A program made the position numbers and the translations under genes. The notes beneath the pieces are model-generated. The model was not told the DNA's origin and made no database searches. It saw only the letters and a list, made by a program, of their open reading frames with translations. Below, piece after piece: positions 44,115-54,577 of a stretch of DNA of 64,000 nucleotides. Location of the stretch: NCBI GenBank assembly GCA_963780185.1, contig CAWABA010000006.1, positions 320,001-384,000 of the forward strand, written 5' to 3'. The DNA is from Candidatus Bathyarchaeota archaeon (GTDB lineage Archaea > Thermoproteota > Bathyarchaeia > Bathyarchaeales > Bathycorpusculaceae). Each line of letters starts with the position of its first letter. Within the stretch, counting starts at the first letter, position 1.

Positions 44115-45697
44115 TTGAATTGAAATTAGGCAAAAAGAAAGAAGAAATTCAAGAAAAGGCAAAGGCCTCAGACGAGGAGATGATAGCTTACTTAGGCATT
44201 CAGGGCTACCAAGTGCCTGAAGGCTTTACGCAAGTTGAAAGTTACCCTCTTCATCCACCGTTCTCTTATGCATGGATATTCCAAGACGACTCTGAAGGAA
44301 GCTTCTTCTATGTTGTTGATGAACTTCCCATGTCGAGGGAGGAACGAGAATCCTACAAGCGTCTAAAGAACATTCTTGAATATGAGCTTAAAGCTCCAAG
44401 GATAGATGAAACGCTTGTTGATTCGTTTCACAGACAGGTTCCAGCTATACTAGAAGAGCACCCGGAAGTTTTTGTAGGAACCGACCAAGTAGGTCAAAGA
44501 AAAATTGTCTACTACCTTGAAAAAGACTTAATCGGTTATGGAAGAATCGAAGGGCTCATAAATGATCCGTTAATTGAAGATATAAGCTGTTTAGGCACAA
44601 ACAAATCCGTTTTCATTTATCATAGAAAATTCGCTAACGCGCGAACCAATATTATTTTTTCCGATGAGGAAGAATTGGACGATTTCATAACAAGAATCGT
44701 TCATAGACAAGGCAAACACGTAAGCATAGCTCACCCTATCGTCGACTTAACCCTTCCGGGGAAACACAGACTTGCAATATCCTTCGGAAAAGAAACAACT
44801 CCAGCCGGAACAAGTTTCACTATAAGAAAATTCAAAGAAGACCCATTGACCATCGTAGATTTGATAATCAACGAAACAATTGACGAGTCGATCGCAGCGT
44901 ATCTTTGGATGCTGATGGAAAATAAAATGTCGGTCATGATTGTAGGACCAACAGGTGCAGGAAAAACAACCGCCTTGAATGCTATTGCATGCTTGGTTCG
45001 ACCGGATTTCAAGATGATCTCGGTTGAAGAAGTTCAAGAAGTTAACTTGCCTCAAGAAAACTGGGTGTCAACTGTTGCACGGACAGGCTTCGGAGGGGAC
45101 AGCACAGGCGAAGTTACACTTTACGATTTGATAAAGTCAGCGGTTAGGCACAGACCAGCATTAATCCTTGTAGGCGAAATCAGGGGCGAAGAGGCGTACG
45201 TTCTTTTTCAGGCATTAGCAACGGGACATGGCGGATTATGTACAATGCACGCAGACGATGTGGAAACGGTTATTAAACGGCTAACACAGCCGCCTATGAA
45301 TATTCCCCAAAACATCTTGTCACTTATGAACTGCGTAATAGTTGTCAAGCAAGTCGACATCTCACGAATCAACTTGCAAGAACGAAAAATGTCCTCCAGA
45401 AAATTTGTTGAAGTCGCCGAAATCGATAACGAAGGTGCTCCGCACGAAGTGTTTTATTGGAACATGTCCTCAGACACTTTCCAACAAGATCTAGAAAAAA
45501 GCCTTTTACTGGCAAAGATAGCCAAAAACCTCAGTGTTCCCCTAAGCGTTGTCCAACAGGAGTTTGAACGAAGAAAACAAATTATGTTAAGCATGGTTGA
45601 GAAAAATCTTCGTGACTTTAAAAGCGTCCACAAAGCACTAAATAGTTTACTTAACCTTGAGGATTTAGCCAACAAAGAACATCCCGAGGCCCAATAA
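44111..45697 (+). CDS. Type IV pilus assembly ATPase (PilB/ArlI/VirB11 family)
   Basis: DPLIEDISC, SFTIRKF, GPTGAGKTT, LVGEIRGEEA and TGHGGLCTMHA motifs. Confidence 0.93.
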   Translation: MIELKLGKKKEEIQEKAKASDEEMIAYLGIQGYQVPEGFTQVESYPLHPPFSYAWIFQDDSEGSFFYVVDELPMSREERESYKRLKNILEYELKAPRIDETLVDSFHRQVPAILEEHPEVFVGTDQVGQRKIVYYLEKDLIGYGRIEGLINDPLIEDISCLGTNKSVFIYHRKFANARTNIIFSDEEELDDFITRIVHRQGKHVSIAHPIVDLTLPGKHRLAISFGKETTPAGTSFTIRKFKEDPLTIVDLIINETIDESIAAYLWMLMENKMSVMIVGPTGAGKTTALNAIACLVRPDFKMISVEEVQEVNLPQENWVSTVARTGFGGDSTGEVTLYDLIKSAVRHRPALILVGEIRGEEAYVLFQALATGHGGLCTMHADDVETVIKRLTQPPMNIPQNILSLMNCVIVVKQVDISRINLQERKMSSRKFVEVAEIDNEGAPHEVFYWNMSSDTFQQDLEKSLLLAKIAKNLSVPLSVVQQEFERRKQIMLSMVEKNLRDFKSVHKALNSLLNLEDLANKEHPEAQ

Positions 45698-45700
45698 CCA

Positions 45701-47215
45701 ATGCCTGCTTTTGGCGGTTTTATCGGCAAAATTTTCGGTTCACTATCTTCTGCTACTAGCGAAGAAAAGGAGAAAACCGAGCAGGAACTGCCATTTGCAG
45801 TAATGATTTTCACGCTTATGGCTGCAAGCGGAATATCCCCTTATGATAGTTGGAAAAAAATGCGAAAGCTTGCTTTCCTTCCAATATTCAAAAAAGAAGC
45901 AGACGAACTTGTTCGTCAGGTTGAAGTTTTGGGCAAGGACCCGTTATCCGTAATGCAGGCGCGTGCAGAAACCACAACCTCCAAGTTATACAGAAATTTT
46001 TTGGGCGGCTTTGTTTCTTCAATTAGAAGTGGCGGACAACTGTTTGACTTCATGAAAAGTCAGCTGAAAGCAATTTTTGAACTGCGATACATTAATCTGA
46101 ATCGGTCAATTGAGAAAGTCGCCACTTTGGTTGAAGCATACTCGGTTATGCTAATTGTCGTATTATGCTCGTATATTCTTTTTGTTGTCTTGGCATCATC
46201 AAATGTTATGTCACTACTGTCAAATAGTTCAGCTTCCACCTCGCCTACACTTTCTTACTTAATAGCGTTTGTTATTATGCCTGTAATGTCAGGGATCTTT
46301 ATTTTGATGGCGCATAATCTTCAAAAAAGCGCTTTTCCCAATCTAAAAGACCTTTATAAAAAAGCTTTAATCCTCGTGCCACCCGCATTCGTCGTAATAG
46401 CCCTCATCGCAATGGTCCCTTCGTTATCTAGAGCAGTTAGCCCCATAGGATTACCTGCTGTTACCACAATAGTTTTAGTCGCTTGTTCATTACCGATTGC
46501 TATTCAGTATCGGCGCATTGCAAAGTTAAACTATAATGCTGAAGAATCACTTCCTAGTTTTATAAGAGAAGTAACCGAATCACAAAAAACAGGGCTTTCA
46601 CCAGAAAAAAGCATAGTGCAAGCTACAAAACGCAAAGATTACGGGCCCTTCTCCAAATTTTTAGATTTAATGCGTAGTCAAATCGAATGGGGCGTACCTT
46701 TACGCAAAACCATTGATAACTTTCGTAAGGAAATTCGAAGTTGGTTTGTCACAATTAACTTTTCTATGCTGGTGGAAACCATTGAAGTCGGCGGTAACTC
46801 AATCCAATCGCTAGAAATACTTTCTGAATATAGTGAAAAAGAACATGAATTACAAATCAATCGGCGTGAACTTTTGAGACCTTACATACTTCTTGCTTCC
46901 ATGTGGAGTGCATTAATAGCTGTCACAACAACCATAGTTGGCTTAACTACTAACTTAACCAATAGCATGATGACAACTATTGACGGTACAGACCTTGGAG
47001 CGGTCGCTTCAATAGCTATGGCTCCTCAGCTTACCCTTTTCTCTGTAGGCATAATCATTCAATGCTGGATCTCAGGGTTCTTCATCGGAAAAATCAGCGA
47101 AGGCAACTTCGGCGCCGGATTTAAACACGCAGCATTGCTTGCAACAATCGCATTCGTGTCTTTGGTTCTCTCTAAACTTCTTCTTTCAGGCATTTTTGGG
47201 AAAATGCTCGGTTAA
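45701..47215 (+). CDS. Type IV pilus platform membrane protein (PilC/TadC, two T2SSF domains)
   Basis: ELPFA...ASGISP, EESLPSFIRE...GLSPEK and GFFIGKISEG..GAGFKH motifs. Confidence 0.9.
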   Translation: MPAFGGFIGKIFGSLSSATSEEKEKTEQELPFAVMIFTLMAASGISPYDSWKKMRKLAFLPIFKKEADELVRQVEVLGKDPLSVMQARAETTTSKLYRNFLGGFVSSIRSGGQLFDFMKSQLKAIFELRYINLNRSIEKVATLVEAYSVMLIVVLCSYILFVVLASSNVMSLLSNSSASTSPTLSYLIAFVIMPVMSGIFILMAHNLQKSAFPNLKDLYKKALILVPPAFVVIALIAMVPSLSRAVSPIGLPAVTTIVLVACSLPIAIQYRRIAKLNYNAEESLPSFIREVTESQKTGLSPEKSIVQATKRKDYGPFSKFLDLMRSQIEWGVPLRKTIDNFRKEIRSWFVTINFSMLVETIEVGGNSIQSLEILSEYSEKEHELQINRRELLRPYILLASMWSALIAVTTTIVGLTTNLTNSMMTTIDGTDLGAVASIAMAPQLTLFSVGIIIQCWISGFFIGKISEGNFGAGFKHAALLATIAFVSLVLSKLLLSGIFGKMLG

Positions 47216-47230
47216 AGGAGAAATAACACA

Positions 47231-48277
47231 TTGCCATCAACCTCTATTGACACTTTCTTCGCTTGTACAATCATTGTAGCCGCTGCTTTGATATCAACTT
47301 CTTTTCTATGTTCAACAATGCAAACCAGTATACACAGCACACAAGACATCAACAAAGAAAGCTATCTACAATCCATAGCCAACTACATCATAACGAACCC
47401 AGGAGCTCCCAATAACTGGGGAACCCGCAACAATGTTCCCGTCGACTTTGGATTAGCAGAGGGCGCCTCAACAATTCCTTATGAACTAGACATAGATAAA
47501 ATCACTCGGTTAAACAATCTAAACAATTTCTCCTTATCCTATCTTGACATGCTCAACGCCGCTAAATTAGACAATATTGCTTTGGGCATAACGGTTTATC
47601 AAGTTATGTCCATAAACATTGAACAAGAAAGCAACTACACAACGGGCAGCAATACTTCTTACAGCTTCGCGATTTTAACAAGCATCGATTCCGAACCCAC
47701 CAGCGCAATTCTAAATTGCTATGTCATAGCAAACAACTATCTGACCAACGTAACCAATAACACTTCAGACGTTGGAGTTGGCAACGTTAACGTTCAAATC
47801 CCAAGCGTAGCATCCAACAACGCCATGCTAATTGTGTTCGCAAGAGCATCTTTTGACGACAGAATAACCTCATACGCCATCTACAACTTCTTCAATTCAG
47901 CCCAAGAATCAGCGCCAAGCAACGACATTTTAACTTTAACTCCCATTAATTCCACGTTAAGCTTCACCACAAATTCAACTGACTTAACTATTCAGAAAGG
48001 CTGCGTTTTTTCCTACGCATATCAGAAGAATCTCACTTCCATGCAAAATTCAACTCAATACTTAATTCCCAAGATTATTGACAAAAGCCCATTTGTCATA
48101 GTTCTGTGCGGTTTCAATAACGGCACTTATTTTCAAGAATGGACCTCTTATCCTCAAGTTCCATTGACAACAGGTTCAACTTTTAAGGGCGAAGAACAAA
48201 ACGTCTTCATCTATATGGTCACGATAAATGGGGTACTCTACAAGGTCGATATCAGTTTAGGAGATGTCGTTTCCTGA
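47231..48277 (+). CDS. Pilus-associated secreted protein
   Basis: N-terminal TM; NPGAPNNWG...DFGLA...LDIDKI motif typical of archaeal pilus-cluster proteins. Confidence 0.65.
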   Translation: MPSTSIDTFFACTIIVAAALISTSFLCSTMQTSIHSTQDINKESYLQSIANYIITNPGAPNNWGTRNNVPVDFGLAEGASTIPYELDIDKITRLNNLNNFSLSYLDMLNAAKLDNIALGITVYQVMSINIEQESNYTTGSNTSYSFAILTSIDSEPTSAILNCYVIANNYLTNVTNNTSDVGVGNVNVQIPSVASNNAMLIVFARASFDDRITSYAIYNFFNSAQESAPSNDILTLTPINSTLSFTTNSTDLTIQKGCVFSYAYQKNLTSMQNSTQYLIPKIIDKSPFVIVLCGFNNGTYFQEWTSYPQVPLTTGSTFKGEEQNVFIYMVTINGVLYKVDISLGDVVS

Positions 48278-48702
48278 ATCTCCTAAAAGACAAAAAAGGG
48301 CAAGTACGTGTAATCGAAGCGTTTTTAGCCTCAATTTTATTGATGTCATGCCTTGCTCTTATTCCTGGATCACCAACCGTGCAGGATTCGACAATAAATC
48401 TTTCTTCAACCGCCCAAAATGTTCTGTTAAGTTTAGACAGCAACGGACACTTGGCAACATTAGTTAATAGCCAGAATTGGAATGAGCTAAAAGATTGCTT
48501 AGAATCTTCTCTTCCGCTTACGGTATGGTTTAACTTAACAGTTTTCGATCCACACATGAATATAATGAACCCATTTCCAATTTGCAATGCGGGCTCTGTA
48601 AGTGATAAAATCTTTTCGGTAGACTATGTTTGCGCAAGCCAAAACAGCACATATACAATCTACATCTTGAGACTTCAACTTTCAGAAGTGGGATTAACAT
48701 GA
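48264..48702 (+). CDS. Minor pilin (frameshift near 48272)
   Basis: Corrected N-terminus reads ..LLKDKKG|QVRVIEAFLASILL (class III signal, E at +6). Confidence 0.65.
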
Positions 48703-49458
48703 AGAAAAGAAACCTAAAAGCCGACAGTTCGGGCCAAGCGATCATAATCACAGCTTTACTGATAACATCGCTTTTATTATCCACCGCCATCTATGTCATT
48801 GAAACGGAAAAAGAAACACCAGTAGTTGGAACCGACCAAAACACTGTTATCCAGTCATATCAGCAAAGCATAAGAAACACTCTGATTAGTGCACTAGGCA
48901 AACTTAACCAACGAGGGTAATCCGGGCGTTTTAACCAAAGACATAAACGAATTAAATGCAGCAATCACTTCAGATTCATACGAAGCTATACTGCAAATGG
49001 ATTATACTCCCCTAAATGTAGCTCCATACCAAAACGGTTTCTGGGTCTCTTGGGGTGCAGATGGTACTGGAATTTCAAGTGCTTGTGTCAGTTTCGTTTT
49101 TAACTCTTCAGGGCATTCCTCATCTTCTAGTTTGCAATATGATGTAAACGTAACTACTGAAGCCGATTTGAATGGCTACCTGCAACTTGAAGGTAACTCC
49201 ACGCGAGTAAACTTAACAATTTACGTGCTCAACGAGGGCAAACCCGCTTTAGCGCAAAACTTTACTTTTTATGTTGAGAATGATACTGATAGTTGGGTAA
49301 AAGTGGATTCTCCAAACATAATTGATTTTGGTAATGGAACATATTCAGTTTCATTTACTACTGGAACATATCAGTCAAACAACCCTCTCCTCGTCTCTAT
49401 GCTTTGCCAAGATCAACGCGGTATTTTCGTTAGAGCGAATGCAACTTGCACAACATAG
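48699..49458 (+). CDS. Minor pilin-like protein (frameshift near 48900)
   Basis: MKKRNLKADSSG|QAIIITALLI signal; ends DQRGIFVRA. Confidence 0.65.
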
Positions 49459-49512
49459 GATAACAAAAATGTTAAAGCTAAAATGTGAGAAACCAAGTTT
49501 AATGTTTAACAA

Positions 49513-50943
49513 ATGGAGCGGCATCAGTACATGACTCATGGTATGGCATTTAAAATTGTGGCTCTATTGTTGGCGGTTTCAATCATATTCACTGCTAGCA
49601 TAAGCGTTATTGAGAATTCTTTCCCAAAGCTTACTGGTACCTCAGTCAGCGTTTCGCCCGCTAATGTTATTTGGAAAAAAGAATACGGCTTTGTAGGAGA
49701 TGACGACCGCGCATATTCTGCGTTGCCCGTTGGTAACGGATATTTGGTTGTCGGTTCATTTGAATCAAATGAGACAGGCGTAACTGTGGGTTGGGCTTTA
49801 AGGCTTGATGCTGATGGCAATGTAATTTGGAATCAAACGTTTCTAGATGGGTCAGGCATTGAACTTAGATGCGCCTTTAATTTGACTGATGGATTCCTGC
49901 TTGTAGGTAACGAATTTTTGCCTTACGGAGATGAAAACGGTTATGCTGCAAAAATAACTAGTCAAGGCGCCTTAATTTGGCAGACTCCCATTGTGGGCGG
50001 AGAAAACGTCAATAAACTCTTTTCAGCAATTGCCACACAAGACGGCTTTGTACTTTTGGGGTTAACATTCTCCAATGCAAATGGAAAATCTAACTCATGG
50101 GTAGTCAAAATTGACACAAAGGGAAATGTTGTTTGGAACAAAAACTACGGAAACACAACCGACACTGCTGCAACAAACGGCGTCTTAGCCCCAGATGGCA
50201 ATTACATGGTGGCAGGTTACGCGAACTCGCGAGGATACAACAACTATGCTTTTCTACTTATGCAAATTAACTCTAATGGGACCATGCTATGGAATAAGAC
50301 CTACGGTGAAACAGGCAGCCAAGAAGCCTCTGCCATGACGAAAGCCCCTGACGGCTACGTAATAGTCGGTGACACTCAAACGGCACATGGCAACATCCAC
50401 GCCTGGGTAATAAAAGTCGATTGGAACGGAACAATGCTTTGGGCGAAAACAGTAGGAGGCAAAAACGCTGATTCGCCATATTTTGTCACTCCCTCTGAAG
50501 ATGGCTGCTACTTAGTCGGTGGCTTCACTTTCTCCTTTGGCTCAGGAAACCGTGATTTTTGGCTCTTCAAAATCGATGATTCTGGACAAGTCTTATGGAG
50601 TTGCACTCAAGGTGACGCGGGTTTCCAAGAAGCTTATAGCGTCATCCAAACCGGAAAAAACCAATATGTTATGGTGGGATGGACGGACCCGCCTGGGCAA
50701 CCCGCTTTAATCGGCAAGGCCCGATACATGTTTTATATTGTAAATCTCAGCTATCCTCAAGATACCGATTGGTTTTCAAGTTTGGAGTTTATCTCTTACG
50801 TCGGCGCAGCTTTCGCGATTTTTCTGGCAGGTTTGCTTGTGGCATTAAAACTTCGCCATCAACCGAATAATGATCAATCTTCGAAAAATAGAAGTGAGAA
50901 TAAACGCAAACGCAAGCGGTTCCAAAGGGGAAAAGAAAGGTAA
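49513..50943 (+). CDS. Membrane-anchored beta-propeller repeat protein
   Basis: About seven repeats of W.K.YG...D...DG.Y...G...W..K.D..G; N- and C-terminal TM segments. Confidence 0.8.
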   Translation: MERHQYMTHGMAFKIVALLLAVSIIFTASISVIENSFPKLTGTSVSVSPANVIWKKEYGFVGDDDRAYSALPVGNGYLVVGSFESNETGVTVGWALRLDADGNVIWNQTFLDGSGIELRCAFNLTDGFLLVGNEFLPYGDENGYAAKITSQGALIWQTPIVGGENVNKLFSAIATQDGFVLLGLTFSNANGKSNSWVVKIDTKGNVVWNKNYGNTTDTAATNGVLAPDGNYMVAGYANSRGYNNYAFLLMQINSNGTMLWNKTYGETGSQEASAMTKAPDGYVIVGDTQTAHGNIHAWVIKVDWNGTMLWAKTVGGKNADSPYFVTPSEDGCYLVGGFTFSFGSGNRDFWLFKIDDSGQVLWSCTQGDAGFQEAYSVIQTGKNQYVMVGWTDPPGQPALIGKARYMFYIVNLSYPQDTDWFSSLEFISYVGAAFAIFLAGLLVALKLRHQPNNDQSSKNRSENKRKRKRFQRGKER

Positions 50944-50978
50944 AGAAAAACTAAAATTCTATTTACTTGAATTTTTGT

Positions 50979-51854
50979 TCAAGTCAGTTTGGAGAATAGC
51001 ATTCGAAGAACTTTAACGAAGGCACTGTAGTTTGTCCATATGGCTGTTGTTTTATCCTTCTTCTTCACATCTTCATCATTCGCTGCGTCTTCATGGAATG
51101 CAATGAGAACTTCTTTATTGTCAGAAATCATAATGCACGGCAAGTTTTGTTCATCCGCAATTCGGAGAGATTCACTTAGCCACTGCAGTTGCCCGATGAA
51201 ATAAGCACTTTTCAATGAGTTATCCGTAACCAACGTAACATTCACTTTGTCAGACCCACTTTTTAGTTTGTCAATGAAATCGCTATAAAACAGCTGGGAA
51301 AGGTAGTCGGCTGAAGCGAACACTTGGAATTCCTTTTCTGTTCTTTCAAGTAATTCATTAGCTTTCATGAGTACCTGCTGTTCACCCTCAAGCATCTGGA
51401 AAAGCTCTTTTTTCGCAGGTGTAGCTTTCGGCTGAGGTATGGATCGCCAAAGTTCTACGAGGCTTGTTTTTTCTTGTTCTAATAACTTGATTTTTATTTT
51501 CTGTGCATCTACAAGTAAATCAATAGCTTTGTCCAATGGCACAGCTGTGAATTTTAGAGGTTTCTCAAAAATGGAAAAAACTACGCCTCTTTTTTCCAGG
51601 TCTCGCAAGATTCTGTAAGTCTCAGTTCGATGAAGCGAAATTGCTTCTGCTATTTCTCCTGCCTTCATGTCACCTACTCTGGCAAGATGCAAGTAAACTT
51701 TAATCTCGTTTTTAAGCAGTCCAAATCTTGAAAGTGTTTCTTCAATGGTTAATAATTGATCATTGTATGATTGATCTTTCTTCACCGTTTTCCAGGATCC
51801 ATTTTGCTTATCGTACACTTTCACTAATTCTTGTTTTTCCATTGTCAACGCCAA
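50979..51854 (-). CDS. TrmB-family transcriptional regulator
   Basis: LSRFGLLKNEIKVYLHL...AGEIAEAISLHRTETYRILRDLEKRG HTH; ISDNKEVL C-terminal domain. Confidence 0.88.
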   Translation of the reverse strand: MALTMEKQELVKVYDKQNGSWKTVKKDQSYNDQLLTIEETLSRFGLLKNEIKVYLHLARVGDMKAGEIAEAISLHRTETYRILRDLEKRGVVFSIFEKPLKFTAVPLDKAIDLLVDAQKIKIKLLEQEKTSLVELWRSIPQPKATPAKKELFQMLEGEQQVLMKANELLERTEKEFQVFASADYLSQLFYSDFIDKLKSGSDKVNVTLVTDNSLKSAYFIGQLQWLSESLRIADEQNLPCIMISDNKEVLIAFHEDAANDEDVKKKDKTTAIWTNYSAFVKVLRMLFSKLT

Positions 51855-52107
51855 TGAGAGGTTCTCCTTGTTTCTCCATATTTGGGGTACTGCTACCCAA
51901 TTCTGACCCTTTATATATAATATGATTACGACTTAGAAATCTGAATCCAAAATCCACATTCGACGACACCCCCTCTCAGCTTACCAGACAAGGTGTCCCT
52001 ACCATTTTTACAGAAAACCGTCTCAAAAGCGCCATCCACAAGCACTCTATCTAGGGGCAAAAAATAATCGCTAGTCTTATAAGTTCAACTTTTGAGAAAT
52101 AGAGAGC

Positions 52108-52893
52108 ATGCAAGCAGAAATCGGAATAATCGGCGGAACAGGTCTGTACGACCCTAAACTTCTCAAGAACATTCAGGAAGTAACGTTGGAAACGCCCTAC
52201 GGCAAACCTTCCGACTCAATAACCGTTGGAGAGTTGGGCAGTAAATGTGTGGCTTTCCTTCCGAGACACGGCAAAAAACACACCATTAGACCAACCGACA
52301 TCAACGTCAGAGCCAACATCTTTGCCCTAAAGAAACTCGGGGTAAAACGCATCATGGCTTCCTCAACCGTTGGATCATTGCGGGAGGAGTATCATCCAGG
52401 CGAAATCGTCCTCTGCGACCAATTCATCGACCGTACAACAAGACGCGAAGAATCCTTCTATACACAGGACAGGGTTTGCCACATAAGCGTCGCCGAACCA
52501 ATGTGCCCCGAACTCAGAGAAAACATAATCTCAGTTGCCAAAACCTTGGGCACTAAAATGCATCCAACGGGGACATATATCTGCATCGAAGGACCACGCT
52601 TCTCCACTAAGGCTGAATCAAAAATGTATCGGCAGTGGGGAGCAGACGTCGTCGGCATGACCTTGGTTCCCGAATGCGTGCTGGCTAGAGAAGCAGAAAT
52701 ATGCTACGCATCCATATCAACCGTGACCGACTACGATGTTTGGAAAGACCACCCAGTCTGCGTAGACGACATCGTCAAAATAATGAAGGCAAATACCGAA
52801 AACGTCAAACGCGTAATCGCCGAAACCGTCGCCAAACTGCCCAGCGAACCTGCCTGCAAATGCGGAGAAGCCCTCAAAGGAGCCTTCGCCTAA
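52108..52893 (+). CDS. mtnP: S-methyl-5'-thioadenosine phosphorylase
   Basis: IGIIGGTG, FLPRHG, EGPRFSTKAES, VVGMT..PE..LARE and VTDYDVW motifs. Confidence 0.95.
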   Translation: MQAEIGIIGGTGLYDPKLLKNIQEVTLETPYGKPSDSITVGELGSKCVAFLPRHGKKHTIRPTDINVRANIFALKKLGVKRIMASSTVGSLREEYHPGEIVLCDQFIDRTTRREESFYTQDRVCHISVAEPMCPELRENIISVAKTLGTKMHPTGTYICIEGPRFSTKAESKMYRQWGADVVGMTLVPECVLAREAEICYASISTVTDYDVWKDHPVCVDDIVKIMKANTENVKRVIAETVAKLPSEPACKCGEALKGAFA

Positions 52894-52907
52894 AAGGAGA
52901 ACTTAAC

Positions 52908-53453
52908 ATGAGCAAATCTAAAAAGAAGATAGACTTGAAATCGAAGGTTAGAAGGATCTCGCAGTTTAAAGGCGTGGTTTTCTGGGATATAACGCCGCTT
53001 CTAAAAGACAAGGATGCGCTGCGTGAAAGCATTAAGCAGATTGCGGATCATTTCAGGGGCGAACCGATAGATTTGGTTGTTTCAAACGAGGCTAGAGGCT
53101 TCATCGTGGGCGCAGCTGTGGCTTACGAGTTAGGCGTGGGCTTTGTGCCTATACGAAAAAAAGGAAAATTGCCCTCTAAATGCGTGGAGCTTGTTTACAA
53201 GAAAGAATACGAGTCTGACATTATCGAGATGCATGAAGACGCAATTGAGAAGGGACAAAAAATCTTAATCATCGACGACTTGTTAGCGACCGGCGGCACC
53301 ATCAAAGCAAATATTGATCTGGTCGAAAAACTCGGCGGCAAAGTCGTGGGCTTAGGCTTCCTCATCGAACTCTGCTACCTTGACGGCAGAAAACTAATAG
53401 GCGGCAAATACGACACGTACTCGTTGATTGAAATTCAAACCACAAACGGCTAA
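52908..53453 (+). CDS. apt: Adenine phosphoribosyltransferase
   Basis: FWDITPLL, EARGFI, RKKGKLP and IIDDLLATGGT motifs; GGAG RBS before ATG 52908. Confidence 0.93.
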   Translation: MSKSKKKIDLKSKVRRISQFKGVVFWDITPLLKDKDALRESIKQIADHFRGEPIDLVVSNEARGFIVGAAVAYELGVGFVPIRKKGKLPSKCVELVYKKEYESDIIEMHEDAIEKGQKILIIDDLLATGGTIKANIDLVEKLGGKVVGLGFLIELCYLDGRKLIGGKYDTYSLIEIQTTNG

Positions 53454-53500
53454 AAACAACACCCATAGCCAAGATGAACCCGAGCTTCAAACCTGAGGTT

Positions 53501-53932
53501 TTAGGCTTTGGGCTCTAGACGGCTTTGCAGACAGGTAAGATATGCGACGAAATCTAACTCTCCGTTTTTCGGAGCAAACCGGAAATCCCTGAATTGGGAA
53601 TGCAGTTTTTCAATTATTTTTATTTCAATCAGCTTGCCAACTGTGCCGAAAGTTTGTTCAATGGCGTTCGCGAAAGCTTCAATTTTACTTGGAATATCGT
53701 CTTTGTTTATTCCGTACGCGTTTTTGAGGTGGCTGTAAATGGCTTGTTTTGTGTTTTCTCCTAAACCGGCGAGAATGTCGTTTACCGCCTGCGTCACTGC
53801 AGCTTCAAAATTGGCTTCAGCGTGTTCGTTTCTTAACGAAAACGGGGAAGACTGACTTAACATAGTTTCAGATTGACTCATCGTATCATCTTTTTTATTG
53901 AAGCGCTCAAACCAGCATATCGCAATACTCAA
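53501..53932 (-). CDS. Small archaeal domain protein (DUF3227/NitrOD5-like; start probably 53881)
   Basis: AVNDILAGLGE..KQAIY.HL...IP.KIE.F..AIE..FG..GKLIEIKI pattern. Confidence 0.6.
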   Translation of the reverse strand: MSIAICWFERFNKKDDTMSQSETMLSQSSPFSLRNEHAEANFEAAVTQAVNDILAGLGENTKQAIYSHLKNAYGINKDDIPSKIEAFANAIEQTFGTVGKLIEIKIIEKLHSQFRDFRFAPKNGELDFVAYLTCLQSRLEPKA

Positions 53933-54319
53933 TATATAAACGTATTCAAAAAGCCGATTCCCCTCTCAATTGTCGAACAAAACAAATCGTCAAAACCCAC
54001 TGAGTAGCTAAGGCGCCGAAATCTTCCAGTTGGGTTTCCTCATCTTTTTATGAGACTTGGTTTAGGGTTGAATTCTTGGTTTTTTCATACATTCATGCAT
54101 GTGTACCCAGAGCATGTAGCGGCTCCGCCACGGCGGGGCATCGCAGAATGGACAAGCGAACATTGGCTCTCTCACTCTTCAATCACCCTTAACCACAAAA
54201 AGGCACCCTGATTGATTAATACATATGTGACTGCAACAAATCAACAACAGAAAACCCGCCGCAGAGGCTCCGAAATAGTTTTTAAAATGCTGCATCAATA
54301 GTATATTGGATTTGATTTT

Positions 54320-54577
54320 ATGCCCAAGTACATTGTGAATTCAGCTATTTTGCGCAAGGATCCGAAGGCTTGCGCGGAAGGAGCAGCGAAAAATCTTGCG
54401 TCTGGAAAATTTAAAGATGTAGCAGCGAGAGCGTGTTATTGCTGCGGCTCCGAAGGCAGAGTTGCATTCGTCATTGAAGGAGCAAGCAGGGACGCAGTGC
54501 TTCAGGCAATGGAGAAACTCGACATTCCAGTCGCGTCAATAATGGAAACTGAAGAAATAAACCTCAAAAATAGTTAA
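54320..54577 (+). CDS. Small ferredoxin-like-fold protein (DUF4242/DUF3303-like) with CYCC
   Basis: MPKYIV...GRVAFVIEGASRDAV...IPVASIME pattern. Confidence 0.5.
   Translation: MPKYIVNSAILRKDPKACAEGAAKNLASGKFKDVAARACYCCGSEGRVAFVIEGASRDAVLQAMEKLDIPVASIMETEEINLKNS

Noticed and set aside
41185-49458. Archaellum operon
   Set aside because: No ArlH (KaiC-like), ArlF/G or chemotaxis genes; the architecture fits an adhesive type IV pilus
54121-54140. GC hairpin in the 53.9-54.3 kb intergenic gap as a possible ncRNA
   Set aside because: Single short stem with no recognisable tRNA, SRP, RNase P or C/D-box features
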